From positions 682,303 to 746,302 of the forward strand of contig CP011215.1 in assembly GCA_001029775.1 (NCBI GenBank): 64,000 nucleotides of DNA, written 5' to 3'. The notes beneath the pieces were generated by a model. The model saw only the letters and a list, made by a program, of their open reading frames with translations. It made no database searches and was not told the DNA's origin. Both the position numbers and the translations under genes were made by a program. The stretch's first letter is position 1. Each line of letters begins with the position of its first letter. Below, piece after piece: positions 28,837-38,103 of this stretch. The stretch is from Candidatus Campbellbacteria bacterium GW2011_OD1_34_28 (lineage in GTDB: Bacteria; Patescibacteriota; Minisyncoccia; Phycocordibacterales; UBA12079).

Positions 28837-29832
28837 TTAATTTTTTAAATATTTTTCTATATTTTCTTTGTGACTTTCATAATCTTTTGCACAGTGGATT
28901 TCTCTGCTTGAATCGTGCAAATAATATAGACAATCAGTCTTTTCGGGATACAGGACAGCACTTATGGCATTAATCCCTGGATTAGCGATAGGATGAGGGG
29001 GTAGGCCTTTATACATGTAGGTATTATATGGAGAATTTATTTTTTTATCCGCAACACTAATAGGAGCCCACCAACCATCCCCTTTATCTCCTCTTGCATA
29101 TTGGATAGTTGCATCAATATCCAATTTCATTCCCTGTAAAAGACGATTCCACAAAATTCCTGCAACCAAAGGCATATCTATTTCTCCACCTGCTTCTCTT
29201 TCTACCAGAGAAGCAATTTTTATCAAGGTTGTCCATTTTATATTTTGATTGATTGCCTCTTTTGAAAAAGGTTCAAATTTTTCATTGAAACGAGTATACA
29301 ATCTTTTTACAATATCACTTGGCGATTCATCTACTGGAATTAAATAGGTATCAGGAAAAAATATTCCTTCATCCAAAGCTGATATATTGTTGGTCTCTTT
29401 TATAAATTCATCATATTTTTCGTCACTCCAACCAAACTCTTTAACAAAAATTTCACCGATTTGTTCCTTTCTATATCCCTCTTTTATAATCACCCATACC
29501 ATATAGGGGTCCCCTTTTATTGTTTTTGCAATTTCCCAAGCAGACATGCTTTTCGAGATTTTATAAGCTCCTTCTTGCACACAATTAAAACATCCGAGAG
29601 CAATTCCAAAACCAAACTTATTTTTTATAAAACCTTTTTCATAAAGATCATTTTTTATTTTATCCGAATTATTTATTCCCATCTGGATAATAAATCTTTC
29701 GGGTTCACTTTCTTTTTGTGGAGCAGAAAAAAAATAATTACTGAAAAATAATATTGCGAGCCCAATCAATAATAAAATTCCAAAAATAACAAAAAATATT
29801 GGTTTATTTTTTTGTCCTGGGTGTATCAACAT
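28837..29832 (-). CDS. mltG: endolytic murein transglycosylase MltG/YceG family
   Basis: N-terminal TM; GIFFPDTYLIP and later conserved YceG blocks. Confidence 0.65.
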   Translation of the reverse strand: MLIHPGQKNKPIFFVIFGILLLIGLAILFFSNYFFSAPQKESEPERFIIQMGINNSDKIKNDLYEKGFIKNKFGFGIALGCFNCVQEGAYKISKSMSAWEIAKTIKGDPYMVWVIIKEGYRKEQIGEIFVKEFGWSDEKYDEFIKETNNISALDEGIFFPDTYLIPVDESPSDIVKRLYTRFNEKFEPFSKEAINQNIKWTTLIKIASLVEREAGGEIDMPLVAGILWNRLLQGMKLDIDATIQYARGDKGDGWWAPISVADKKINSPYNTYMYKGLPPHPIANPGINAISAVLYPEKTDCLYYLHDSSREIHCAKDYESHKENIEKYLKN

Positions 29833-29846
29833 AATATCAATTCAAA

Positions 29847-30572
29847 TTAATATAATGAAAAATAGTTAAGCATTTCAACAAAATCCTTTCTTATCTGGGA
29901 ATCTTCTTGTAAATAAGCGCCGTCTATATAATAAATTAATCCATTATTTAAAACCACCAATATCTCATTTTCATACAAACCAGAGATTTTATATTTAACA
30001 GCAGGAGATCCTAAAAAATCTATCTCCTCTATCTCGGAAACAGCAAATTCTATGTTTGAAATCATTTTCTCTTTTTCTATCCACTCTTTCACAGAATAAT
30101 TTTTTGCATTTTTAAAAATCAAAACAGAAATAGACGGCGGGTATTCTCTGGGGATATCGCTCTCCAAAAGTTCCTTATATTCTTTTTTATTAAACAGGTG
30201 CAAAGACTCTACAACATCTTTGTTTTCATTTACCCACTCACTCCTAGAATCAATCAAAATATAACCATCTGGGTCCAATCTATATTCAAAACGAACACCC
30301 AAATCATCATTACGATAACGAGTCCACGATTGGTTATTCCTTTCAAATTGTTCGCGATCAGTTTCCAACACATCCCAACCTTTTGGAATATCACAAAGAT
30401 TTGAAAACTCTTTTATCTCTCCTGTTTTTGGATCACGAGCATCTGTAATAATCTCGATACAATTTTCTCCTCTGTCTTTATCAATAAAAAAATAAAATCC
30501 AATTACAACAAAAACAACAATAAAAAAGATTGTCGGTATTATATTATTATTTTTATAAAGATTCTTTAACAT
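29847..30572 (-). CDS. hypothetical membrane-anchored protein
   Basis: N-terminal TM; no motif. Confidence 0.3.
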   Translation of the reverse strand: MLKNLYKNNNIIPTIFFIVVFVVIGFYFFIDKDRGENCIEIITDARDPKTGEIKEFSNLCDIPKGWDVLETDREQFERNNQSWTRYRNDDLGVRFEYRLDPDGYILIDSRSEWVNENKDVVESLHLFNKKEYKELLESDIPREYPPSISVLIFKNAKNYSVKEWIEKEKMISNIEFAVSEIEEIDFLGSPAVKYKISGLYENEILVVLNNGLIYYIDGAYLQEDSQIRKDFVEMLNYFSLY

Positions 30573-30721
30573 TTTTTATTTAAGGGTCACAATACCTCAA
30601 TCGATATTTTGGTTTATCGTTGCTGGCCAATTCGAGTTAGAACGATAGTCGGACAAGCTCTGCAATGCGGTTTTGTTAAGTTTTATATTAGCACAACGAC
30701 AGGTCTTGAGCATAATGTTTT

Positions 30722-31117
30722 TTAATCAATTAACATTGGTATTAAATCTCGCGATATTTTACGAACTTTAACTTCTTTTCTACCTTCAATAACAAGTCGA
30801 CACAGTCTATGTAAGCCATCTAATATTTCTAACTTCCCCTCGATGTTTCTCATTAAGTCAATTGGAAAATCTGTATCCGCAGTAAATATCCTGTCTTTGT
30901 GTTTGGGATATTTTTCAATGTCGATTAAAACATTTCTCGGTGAAACACAGTATTTTTTATCACCGTCGTGCCAAAAAAGAAGATCTAACTGCCATTCTAT
31001 TTCGGAAACACAAATATCCTCTATTGGGATATTTTTTAATTCCCAGATTTTGCTTTTATTCCAATTAAAGTCTAATCCGGAATTTTTGATAAATTCTGGT
31101 CGGTAGGTATTATTCAT
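30722..31117 (-). CDS. hypothetical protein (lies between att-like repeat copies)
   Basis: ORF only. Confidence 0.3.
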   Translation of the reverse strand: MNNTYRPEFIKNSGLDFNWNKSKIWELKNIPIEDICVSEIEWQLDLLFWHDGDKKYCVSPRNVLIDIEKYPKHKDRIFTADTDFPIDLMRNIEGKLEILDGLHRLCRLVIEGRKEVKVRKISRDLIPMLID

Positions 31118-31266
31118 AAAAAATTAATAGAACTTGATTGCGAAATTACTTCTTCAATACGTTTGTCTTGCACATTGCTGGACCTTTTAGACGAAGTCAA
31201 AACTCTTTTATTACAAGGAGAAAACCAATTTTACTATCATTATCCTATATCTTCAATATAAAAAGA

Positions 31267-31761
31267 TTAACGATTACAATTTATTTCATCAATTTTCCAC
31301 TCCCCATCTTTTACAAGATACACAACAATTGGTTGTTGAAAAATATAAACCTCAAATTTCGCAGTATTATCATTTACTGATATTTGTTTAAAATCTAAAT
31401 TAGATGCATCATCAGGGAAATCTTGGGCACAGATAAATGGATTAATTGGCATACAAATATTATTTTGAGTACAATATTCATCTATTTCATTTTTGTCTTT
31501 TTTCTGTTTCTCTATAAAACCATTTGTCACAAATTTACTCTCAAGAGACACATCTTTTTCGTTTTTTTGATTAAAATGATCTATTATATTTGTATAATAA
31601 TCTCTTAAAATATCTTCCGGATTTTGTATATTATTCTCTTGTACAACTTTTTTTTCAATATTTAAATTTGATTTTGAATTAATATAATAATATCCTCCCC
31701 CAACAGCTAATATCCCAATAATAATTATTAAAATTGTTAAAAATAATTTTTGTGTATTCAT
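31267..31761 (-). CDS. hypothetical secreted protein
   Basis: N-terminal TM/signal; Cys-containing C-terminus. Confidence 0.3.
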   Translation of the reverse strand: MNTQKLFLTILIIIIGILAVGGGYYYINSKSNLNIEKKVVQENNIQNPEDILRDYYTNIIDHFNQKNEKDVSLESKFVTNGFIEKQKKDKNEIDEYCTQNNICMPINPFICAQDFPDDASNLDFKQISVNDNTAKFEVYIFQQPIVVYLVKDGEWKIDEINCNR

Positions 31762-31852
31762 GGGGTTAATTATACTAGTTATTTTATAAAGTTCTAACGT
31801 TCAAGACAGGTGGTTTAAGAAAGTATTAGGAAATAAAACTAAGATCATTTGC

Positions 31853-31873
31853 TGCGGGACTAGGACTCGGCCA
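31853..31873. repeat. degenerate 19-21-bp copy of the tRNA-Gln 3' segment, with an inverted partner at 32017..32035
   Basis: gctgcgggactaggactcgg vs cgagtcctagtccctc (inverted) about 145 bp apart. Confidence 0.5.
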
Positions 31874-32086
31874 CAGGTTTCTAAGCTTTTTACTTCGCCC
31901 TGCCTCTTTTCTGAAAGAAAAGCAACGACACGGCAGACAGGTTCGCTCGTAAAAATCTAAGAACCTTCGGCCCCAGCTCGGAAAAGTGAAAAATTAAATA
32001 AATTTTTCTTTTCCTGCGCTTTTCGAGTCCTAGTCCCTCAACAAAGACGCTATTCCAAAATACCTCAATCGGTATTTTGGATTATC

Positions 32087-32128
32087 GTTGCTGCGGGACT
32101 AGGACTCGAACCTAGATAGGCGGTACCA
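32087..32128. repeat. 39-bp direct repeat identical to the 3' half of the tRNA-Gln gene (attR-like island boundary)
   Basis: ctgcgggactaggactcgaacctagataggcggtaccag is identical to 49684..49722. Confidence 0.8.
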
Positions 32129-32241
32129 GCATTAAAATTGATTTACCCTAATCAGTGTTTGTTTTGTACATTGCTGGCGTCCTTGAGCTAGAACCGTGGT
32201 CGGTCAAGCCCCGTAAGGACATTTTTAATACTTTTATCTTA

Positions 32242-32637
32242 TCATTTCGACGGTCTTTGAGCAGTAGCTTTTTTGTGATCGGGACACCCATCTTTCTTAT
32301 GGTCTAAATATTCAGCCCATGTAATAGATCCTGCATCGGAAACAGTTTTTTCAACTAATTCCAGGTCTTCCTTAGTTAGTTCTCCCTCCTTTTGGTACGG
32401 GCCCCACTCAGACATTTTTTGTATTAAGTGTGCAACGAAATATTGGGGCTTATGATCTTTACCATCGTAGATCCCCAGCAGTTTAAGATTACACGATTCT
32501 ACCTCTGTTTCAGAATGAGTTAAGACAACCGCCAGTGGCGCTTCGGCTGGGCCACCAATAAAAACTATTGGGTGCCACGCTTCGTCAAACGATCTCTTTT
32601 TGCCCCGAAGAATATCTCCCTTTTTGAATTTTTCCAT
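32242..32637 (-). CDS. hypothetical protein, last gene of the repressor-headed operon
   Basis: ORF only. Confidence 0.3.
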   Translation of the reverse strand: MEKFKKGDILRGKKRSFDEAWHPIVFIGGPAEAPLAVVLTHSETEVESCNLKLLGIYDGKDHKPQYFVAHLIQKMSEWGPYQKEGELTKEDLELVEKTVSDAGSITWAEYLDHKKDGCPDHKKATAQRPSK

Positions 32638-32686
32638 ATTTTAATCAATAAAAAGTGACAAAAGTGACACTGGTTCGACTATAAAG

Positions 32687-33433
32687 TTACACTTGCTTGT
32701 TACCTTTGTCTATTAGTTTATCTAGAGCAATCAAGACTGGGTAATTAGGATTATCCAACGTATACCCAAACCAAAAATGGCTATGAATTTTAACCTCTCT
32801 AACAATCTCTCCAAGCTTTTCAATTAGGTCATCTTTTAAGATTAATTGGCTTGCTCCCGCTGGATCTTCTAAGTGCTTATTTTTATGGGCAGCAACTTGA
32901 TGTCTGATTTTATGGAAATGATATTTTTCAAACTTCTCCTTAATTATTTCCAAATCAGCTAATCCCTCCTCCGTTGTTTTGATTACGCGAAATTGGGCCA
33001 TAATATCCCCACGGTTATCTATTGGACCCAAGAAATCGTATTCAGAAAAATCTGGATTAGGGTAATCAATTTTAATTCTTTCAACAAATTGATCAAACAT
33101 CTCAGGATCATCTTTCGAAATCAGACCGCGTTGCATATCTATAACTTCCTCTAGGGCTGGTTTAATTCTAACCTCTTCATCTTTTCTTGAGCAAAGCAGC
33201 GTATGTAAAATACTCACTGCCTCATTAAAGGAGTTGTTTGCAGATAGTAAGAGGAATCGATAGTAATCATGTTTCTCATTTTTATTTACCACTTCTAAAT
33301 AAATCTTTTTACAGGTAAGAAAATTAATATCTGCAAGATATATAAGGGAGACAATATCGTATTTGAATTTAAAAGGGATTTTAGGCATATTTGTATAAAC
33401 CCTAAAATCTTTCCACCAAATCTCTTGATTCAA
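32687..33433 (-). CDS. hypothetical helical protein with a possible HEPN-like Rx5H motif (KIRHQVAAH)
   Basis: Overlaps the upstream effector gene by 32 nt (same operon). Confidence 0.3.
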   Translation of the reverse strand: MNQEIWWKDFRVYTNMPKIPFKFKYDIVSLIYLADINFLTCKKIYLEVVNKNEKHDYYRFLLLSANNSFNEAVSILHTLLCSRKDEEVRIKPALEEVIDMQRGLISKDDPEMFDQFVERIKIDYPNPDFSEYDFLGPIDNRGDIMAQFRVIKTTEEGLADLEIIKEKFEKYHFHKIRHQVAAHKNKHLEDPAGASQLILKDDLIEKLGEIVREVKIHSHFWFGYTLDNPNYPVLIALDKLIDKGNKQV

Positions 33434-34019
33434 AAGCGAGTGTCATTTCACCGCGAGTCTTGCGACTGGTCCAATACTCTCCCTCAAGAGACTTACTCGG
33501 CTTATTTATGATTTTTAAAATTGACGCGCCATCATGGATTGCGCTTCTATCGCGAATGGTAGCCTTAGGTCGATTCGTATAGTTATATGTCAAATAAAGA
33601 TCTTCGCTGTTTGAGGCAACATTTATATCTGCGGTAGTACTGTAGCTCGACGATTCTTTCGTCATCAGTGTGCATTTAATACTTGAAAAAGTTTGTCTGA
33701 TCACCAGAATCATAGGGATTGGATCGATACCTTTTCCTGTTTCTGGATTAATCCAGTCGCTTTTCAGTTCTCCACGCCATGTACCCTGGAGATCTGGAAT
33801 CTTAATGAGCCAGCCTTGGAGAAATTTCCAACGCCACAACCATTTTGTAAAGATGATACCTATGATTGCGTAGATTGAAATCGCTTGAGGTATCAGTTTT
33901 ACTGCCATCCATAAATCAAGAGTTGAATACGTTCTAGTAACAAGAATTACACCAGCCCATATAATTAGGAAAGTGAAAATTTGCGCATGTATTTTAATCG
34001 TGTTATTTATTTTTTCCAT
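33402..34019 (-). CDS. two-TM membrane effector-like protein (Cap15/S-2TM-beta-like) downstream of the CD-NTase
   Basis: Two N-terminal TM helices, then a soluble beta-rich domain; 5-nt gap to the CD-NTase gene. Confidence 0.4.
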   Translation of the reverse strand: MEKINNTIKIHAQIFTFLIIWAGVILVTRTYSTLDLWMAVKLIPQAISIYAIIGIIFTKWLWRWKFLQGWLIKIPDLQGTWRGELKSDWINPETGKGIDPIPMILVIRQTFSSIKCTLMTKESSSYSTTADINVASNSEDLYLTYNYTNRPKATIRDRSAIHDGASILKIINKPSKSLEGEYWTSRKTRGEMTLAFESRDLVERF

Positions 34020-34024
34020 AGTTT

Positions 34025-34915
34025 TTACTCAAATCCAAGATAGTCCCATGCCCTAGAGAAAAAGGAGTGGGCCTTCTCTCGCGTACAAGGTTGATGCGTT
34101 CCGTAAATATTTTTAATATCGTTAACCTCACACAACGTCGCATGTTTTCCGTTTGGTAATGTTTCGTTATGGCAGTGTGCAAGGACAGCACGCACGTCAG
34201 CAGAATATGTATCCCTATTGAAATGGTCATCAGGTGCACTCCAGACCATACTTTGAATCAGAAAGGACGGGATATCTTTTGCCTCGACAATATTTTCTTC
34301 CTGCATCTTATTTCGCAATCTTTTTAGAATCCGAGTTATCTTGCGATACCTTTGGCCAGTTGCCTCATGTTTGTTTTTGCAGTTTTCATAGGTCTGGTGA
34401 GGCCAATTTATTATTTTTGTGCCGTCATCAGCAAGAAAACAAACGCCTTCAGGGTCATGCCATTTGTACCCCGTATCGTAGTAATATCTATATGCTAAAG
34501 CAGGTACGACATCCGCATCTACCCTGTATGAATTTGAATGGATATCAAAAGCCTTGTTCCCACGAGTAACACTTGTCTTCCCAAAATAGTCCTCAAGTGC
34601 TTTTTGAACTAGATTTTTAAATTCAGCAAACGAGATGCTCCCGTCTGAGTTCCCGTAGTCCTCCTTTGATTTTCCTTGGGGGTATCTTGGAAAAAACGTT
34701 GAGTTCAAACATACACAGATATCAACGTCGCTATCATTCTTCACATTGGTTCTCGATTTGTATGAACCTTGAGGAATGATTGATATGTCCATGCTCGACA
34801 ATGTTACGTTCGCCTTTATGGCTTTTTTAACAGCTATCTCAGCGTTCTCCATTTTTTGCTGTTCCGTGACACCAGGAGCACCGCCCCAGGATTTGAATGT
34901 ATCTTCCCAAGCCAT
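34025..34915 (-). CDS. cGAS/DncV-like nucleotidyltransferase (CD-NTase, SMODS-type) of a CBASS-like system
   Basis: Pol-beta NTase motif QGSYKSRTNVKNDSDVDICV (GS...DxD) and third acidic motif RVDADVVPA. Confidence 0.55.
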   Translation of the reverse strand: MAWEDTFKSWGGAPGVTEQQKMENAEIAVKKAIKANVTLSSMDISIIPQGSYKSRTNVKNDSDVDICVCLNSTFFPRYPQGKSKEDYGNSDGSISFAEFKNLVQKALEDYFGKTSVTRGNKAFDIHSNSYRVDADVVPALAYRYYYDTGYKWHDPEGVCFLADDGTKIINWPHQTYENCKNKHEATGQRYRKITRILKRLRNKMQEENIVEAKDIPSFLIQSMVWSAPDDHFNRDTYSADVRAVLAHCHNETLPNGKHATLCEVNDIKNIYGTHQPCTREKAHSFFSRAWDYLGFE

Positions 34916-34918
34916 ATG

Positions 34919-35164
34919 TTAATTCTTTTTATCTCTAGGCGGAAAAGGATCTCGACCAGGCGCAACAGTATCACTGTCTCGGATCGGTCCACCATTTGGT
35001 TTGTGAATTCTAACTTCACCTCCACCAGATTTTGCTGATAAATCTTTCGCTATTTTCTCTGCTTCTCGTTGAGTGTTAGCAGTAGCAGAAGCACGATCAG
35101 CTCCCTCACGCTTTACTCGCCAATCATCAGAACCTTTTGGATTTGTAACATGGTAATTTGCCAT
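34919..35164 (-). CDS. DUF2188-family small protein
   Basis: YHVTNPKGSDDWRVKREGADRAS...EVRIHKPNGGPIRD pattern; 3-nt gap to the CD-NTase start. Confidence 0.5.
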   Translation of the reverse strand: MANYHVTNPKGSDDWRVKREGADRASATANTQREAEKIAKDLSAKSGGGEVRIHKPNGGPIRDSDTVAPGRDPFPPRDKKN

Positions 35165-35170
35165 ATGTGT

Positions 35171-35818
35171 TTAATATAGATCTCCGGGAAGTATCGCAAC
35201 CACTACTCCTTGGATCATACAGTTATCTGTTAATATAATCGGCTTATGGGTTTTATTGCTTGATTTTGGTCTAAGAACAACTACGCCGTCTGCCTTTTCA
35301 AAAATCTTCACGGTTGCCTCGTCATTAATGAGTGCAACCACTTTGTCTCCGTCCAATGCGGTATCTTGCTGACGAATCAGTAAGAGATCACCGCTGTTGA
35401 TACCTGCCTCATTCATCGAGTCGCCGACTGCACGCAGAATGAAATACTTTGAACCCTTTTTTGCCAGACCTGTAGATACTGGGATATAGGTTTGTATATT
35501 TTCTTCGGCAAGCGCTGGCGTACCGCAGGTAACCGCCCCCACAAGTGGAACATCAATCGTACTTACTGAAGCAACCGACTGTGTTCCAATAAGAATGAGC
35601 TGTCTCCCAACTTTTTTTATCAGTCCTGCATCAATCAAGCGATCAACTACAAGGCTTGCTGAACGTGGAGATTTTCCTCCCGTTACTTCGTTTATTTCAC
35701 GAAGTGAGGGGCTTTCACCATAATGGATAATCTTGTTGCGAATAAGGGCAAAAGCTTTTTTGTCTTTGTCACTAAGGTTATTTGTCATGGTATAAGTAGT
35801 ATACAAAACCCTATACAA
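35171..35818 (-). CDS. LexA/CI-like repressor (HTH + S24 peptidase Ser-Lys dyad)
   Basis: N-terminal wHTH (SLREINEVTG); C-terminal S24 domain (AVGDSMNEAGI...GDKVVALINDEATVKIF). Confidence 0.75.
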   Translation of the reverse strand: MYRVLYTTYTMTNNLSDKDKKAFALIRNKIIHYGESPSLREINEVTGGKSPRSASLVVDRLIDAGLIKKVGRQLILIGTQSVASVSTIDVPLVGAVTCGTPALAEENIQTYIPVSTGLAKKGSKYFILRAVGDSMNEAGINSGDLLLIRQQDTALDGDKVVALINDEATVKIFEKADGVVVLRPKSSNKTHKPIILTDNCMIQGVVVAILPGDLY

Positions 35819-35846
35819 AAAAGCAAGTATTTGCTACCATGGAGTT
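35819..35846. promoter_or_regulatory. divergent promoter/operator region with a repeated TATACAAAA motif
   Basis: gtatacaaaaccctatacaaaaaag between the divergent repressor and 35847 genes. Confidence 0.3.
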
Positions 35847-36260
35847 ATGGACTACAAACTCGAGCTAAAACCTTTTGAACGAAAGGACGGCATGAAGTAT
35901 AAAACCATCCAACTAACGGATATTGCGCTTCACACAGCCAAGAAGACCCCTACTCCCTCCGTCGGTAAGAAAGTGCAAAATGCATTCAAGAATGACAAGC
36001 CAGATCGCATTTATTCAAAGCTCGAAAAGACGGCGGTTTCTGATGATAAAGCGTTCACCCTTGATCTGCTAAAAATGGATTCTGATTTTCTAAAAATGGT
36101 TCGAGATGAAGAAGCAAAGGGCTACAAGATTTTAATCGCCCTGCCGAACGAGGGTGTCCCTGTCTTCCCAGGCAAGGACACGGTCGAATTTATGAAAAGT
36201 AAAAACGGCAAGCGGATTATTCGTGGTCTTGCAAAAGAAAAAGCAAGAGATAAAATATAA
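35847..36260 (+). CDS. hypothetical protein transcribed divergently from the repressor (Cro/early-gene position)
   Basis: Position only. Confidence 0.3.
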   Translation: MDYKLELKPFERKDGMKYKTIQLTDIALHTAKKTPTPSVGKKVQNAFKNDKPDRIYSKLEKTAVSDDKAFTLDLLKMDSDFLKMVRDEEAKGYKILIALPNEGVPVFPGKDTVEFMKSKNGKRIIRGLAKEKARDKI

Positions 36261-36425
36261 GTGTTAGATCCTGCGTAGTAAAAAGTAGAATAGTGTATCG
36301 CCTCCAAGCCATGCCTATTCCGCGCAAGAAATAGTTTGAGGTTTTTCGGACCTCTCCCTATTTCGTGTGTGGAGTAGGCTTTTTCTATATCCATACATTT
36401 TATTAAACATAATTAATAAAATGCT

Positions 36426-37700
36426 ATGAAAAAACTTTCATGGACAACAGGAATACGAGAGGTTAAAGACCTATTCCCTTGGAAAGAAAACCCAAGAAAA
36501 ATCTCAAAACAAGCGTTGGATAAATTAAAAGAGAAAATCACGCAAAATGGTTTTCACAGTGTGATCGTAATTGATACAGACAACACGATACTCTCGGGTA
36601 ATCAACGAAAGACGGCACTCACCGAACTTGGTGTGAGTACGGTTAATGTAATGATTCCCAGTCGCAAGCTTACAGATAAGGAGCGACGAAAAATCGGCAT
36701 CGAGAGCAACATCAACGACGGCGAATGGGACTTCGAGAAATTGAAATCTTTTGATTTGGAATTACTTCAATTCGCTGGATTCGACGGGAAAGAACTAGTG
36801 AAATTTTGGGACGAAGAAAAGGATACGAAAGACGATAAGTTCGATGTCGATAAGGAACTCAAGAAGATCAAGACTCCTCAGACCAAGCCAGGTGATCTAA
36901 TAATCATGGGCAACCACAAGCTACTCTGCGCAAGTTCAACTGATATCAACGCCGTTACAAAACTATTCGGCGATGACAGGGCTACTGCTATCTATAGCGA
37001 CCCACCATTCAATATCGGACTCTCATACGATAAGGGTGTTGGCAATAAAAGTAACTATGGTGGGTCTTTCGACGATAACCAATCGGCAGACGAGTATGTG
37101 AATTTTATTCGTAAGGTTATGCAATCGTCCCTTGCAATATCAATTAAGGATATTCATGTCGCGTTCTGGTGTGATGAGGCATGGGTGTGGGTTTTCCAGA
37201 CGTTGTACATGGAACTCGGCATCAAGAACCGAAGACTGAATATCTGGATCAAAAACAATTCATCACCGACCCCAGCCGTGGCATTTTCAAAATGTACGGA
37301 GTTCTGCGTGTATGGAACAAAAGGATTGCCGTACCTGTCCGACCTTATTAAAAATCTTAACGAGATTCAAAACAAGGATTGCACAACGGGTAACCAACTT
37401 CTCGGAGACATCTCAAATATCTGGGCAATCAAACGACTACCATCGAATCAAATGGAACACCCCACAAGCAAAAACCCAGAACTCCACCATAAATTCATAA
37501 TGCGATGCACCAAGCCTGGAGATATCATATTCGATGCCTTTTCAGGATCAGCTAGCACCATGATCTGCGCCGAGCAACTAGACCGCAAAGTGTACTCACT
37601 CGAAATTGAGCCGGTTTTTTGTGACCTGGCGATTCGCAGGTACGAAAAACTAACTGGTCGGAAAGCAACGGTAACCAAAAACTATTATGAAAAAGAATAA
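36426..37700 (+). CDS. ParB-like nuclease domain fused to an N6A/N4C DNA methyltransferase (phage-type orphan MTase)
   Basis: N-terminal ParB/Srx-like domain; motif IV SDPPFN; C-terminal motif I FDAFSGSAST. Confidence 0.7.
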   Translation: MKKLSWTTGIREVKDLFPWKENPRKISKQALDKLKEKITQNGFHSVIVIDTDNTILSGNQRKTALTELGVSTVNVMIPSRKLTDKERRKIGIESNINDGEWDFEKLKSFDLELLQFAGFDGKELVKFWDEEKDTKDDKFDVDKELKKIKTPQTKPGDLIIMGNHKLLCASSTDINAVTKLFGDDRATAIYSDPPFNIGLSYDKGVGNKSNYGGSFDDNQSADEYVNFIRKVMQSSLAISIKDIHVAFWCDEAWVWVFQTLYMELGIKNRRLNIWIKNNSSPTPAVAFSKCTEFCVYGTKGLPYLSDLIKNLNEIQNKDCTTGNQLLGDISNIWAIKRLPSNQMEHPTSKNPELHHKFIMRCTKPGDIIFDAFSGSASTMICAEQLDRKVYSLEIEPVFCDLAIRRYEKLTGRKATVTKNYYEKE

Positions 37701-38103
37701 ATTTCAGGATCAGTTTCTTGCCGAATTAATAAAAATCCCAATTATACAAGTTGCCTGCGAGAAAACAGGGCTATCTCGCAATAGTGTCTATCGGTGGAAA
37801 AAAGAAGATAAGGAATTCTCTAATAAAATGGACGAGGCATACGCCGAGGGTGTCGCTTTGGTAAGCGACATGAGCGAAAGCCAGCTACTTACTCTTATTA
37901 AAGAAAAGAACTACCCAGCTATTAGTTTCTGGCTTCGTCATAGAAATGAAAACTATAAGAACAAGCTAGAAATCACTACTAAGGAAGACGACGAGGAACT
38001 TACACCGTCACAGGCAAAAATCGTGAAGCAAGCACTAAGGCTCGCAAACATCACTAAGTCGAAATCCATTAAAAACATTAATAGATCAAAAAGTCATGAC
38101 TAA
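37687..38103 (+). CDS. HTH protein, probable terminase small subunit
   Basis: Overlaps upstream and downstream genes; HTH (TGLSRNSVYRW); sits immediately before TerL. Confidence 0.4.
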   Translation: MKKNKFQDQFLAELIKIPIIQVACEKTGLSRNSVYRWKKEDKEFSNKMDEAYAEGVALVSDMSESQLLTLIKEKNYPAISFWLRHRNENYKNKLEITTKEDDEELTPSQAKIVKQALRLANITKSKSIKNINRSKSHD

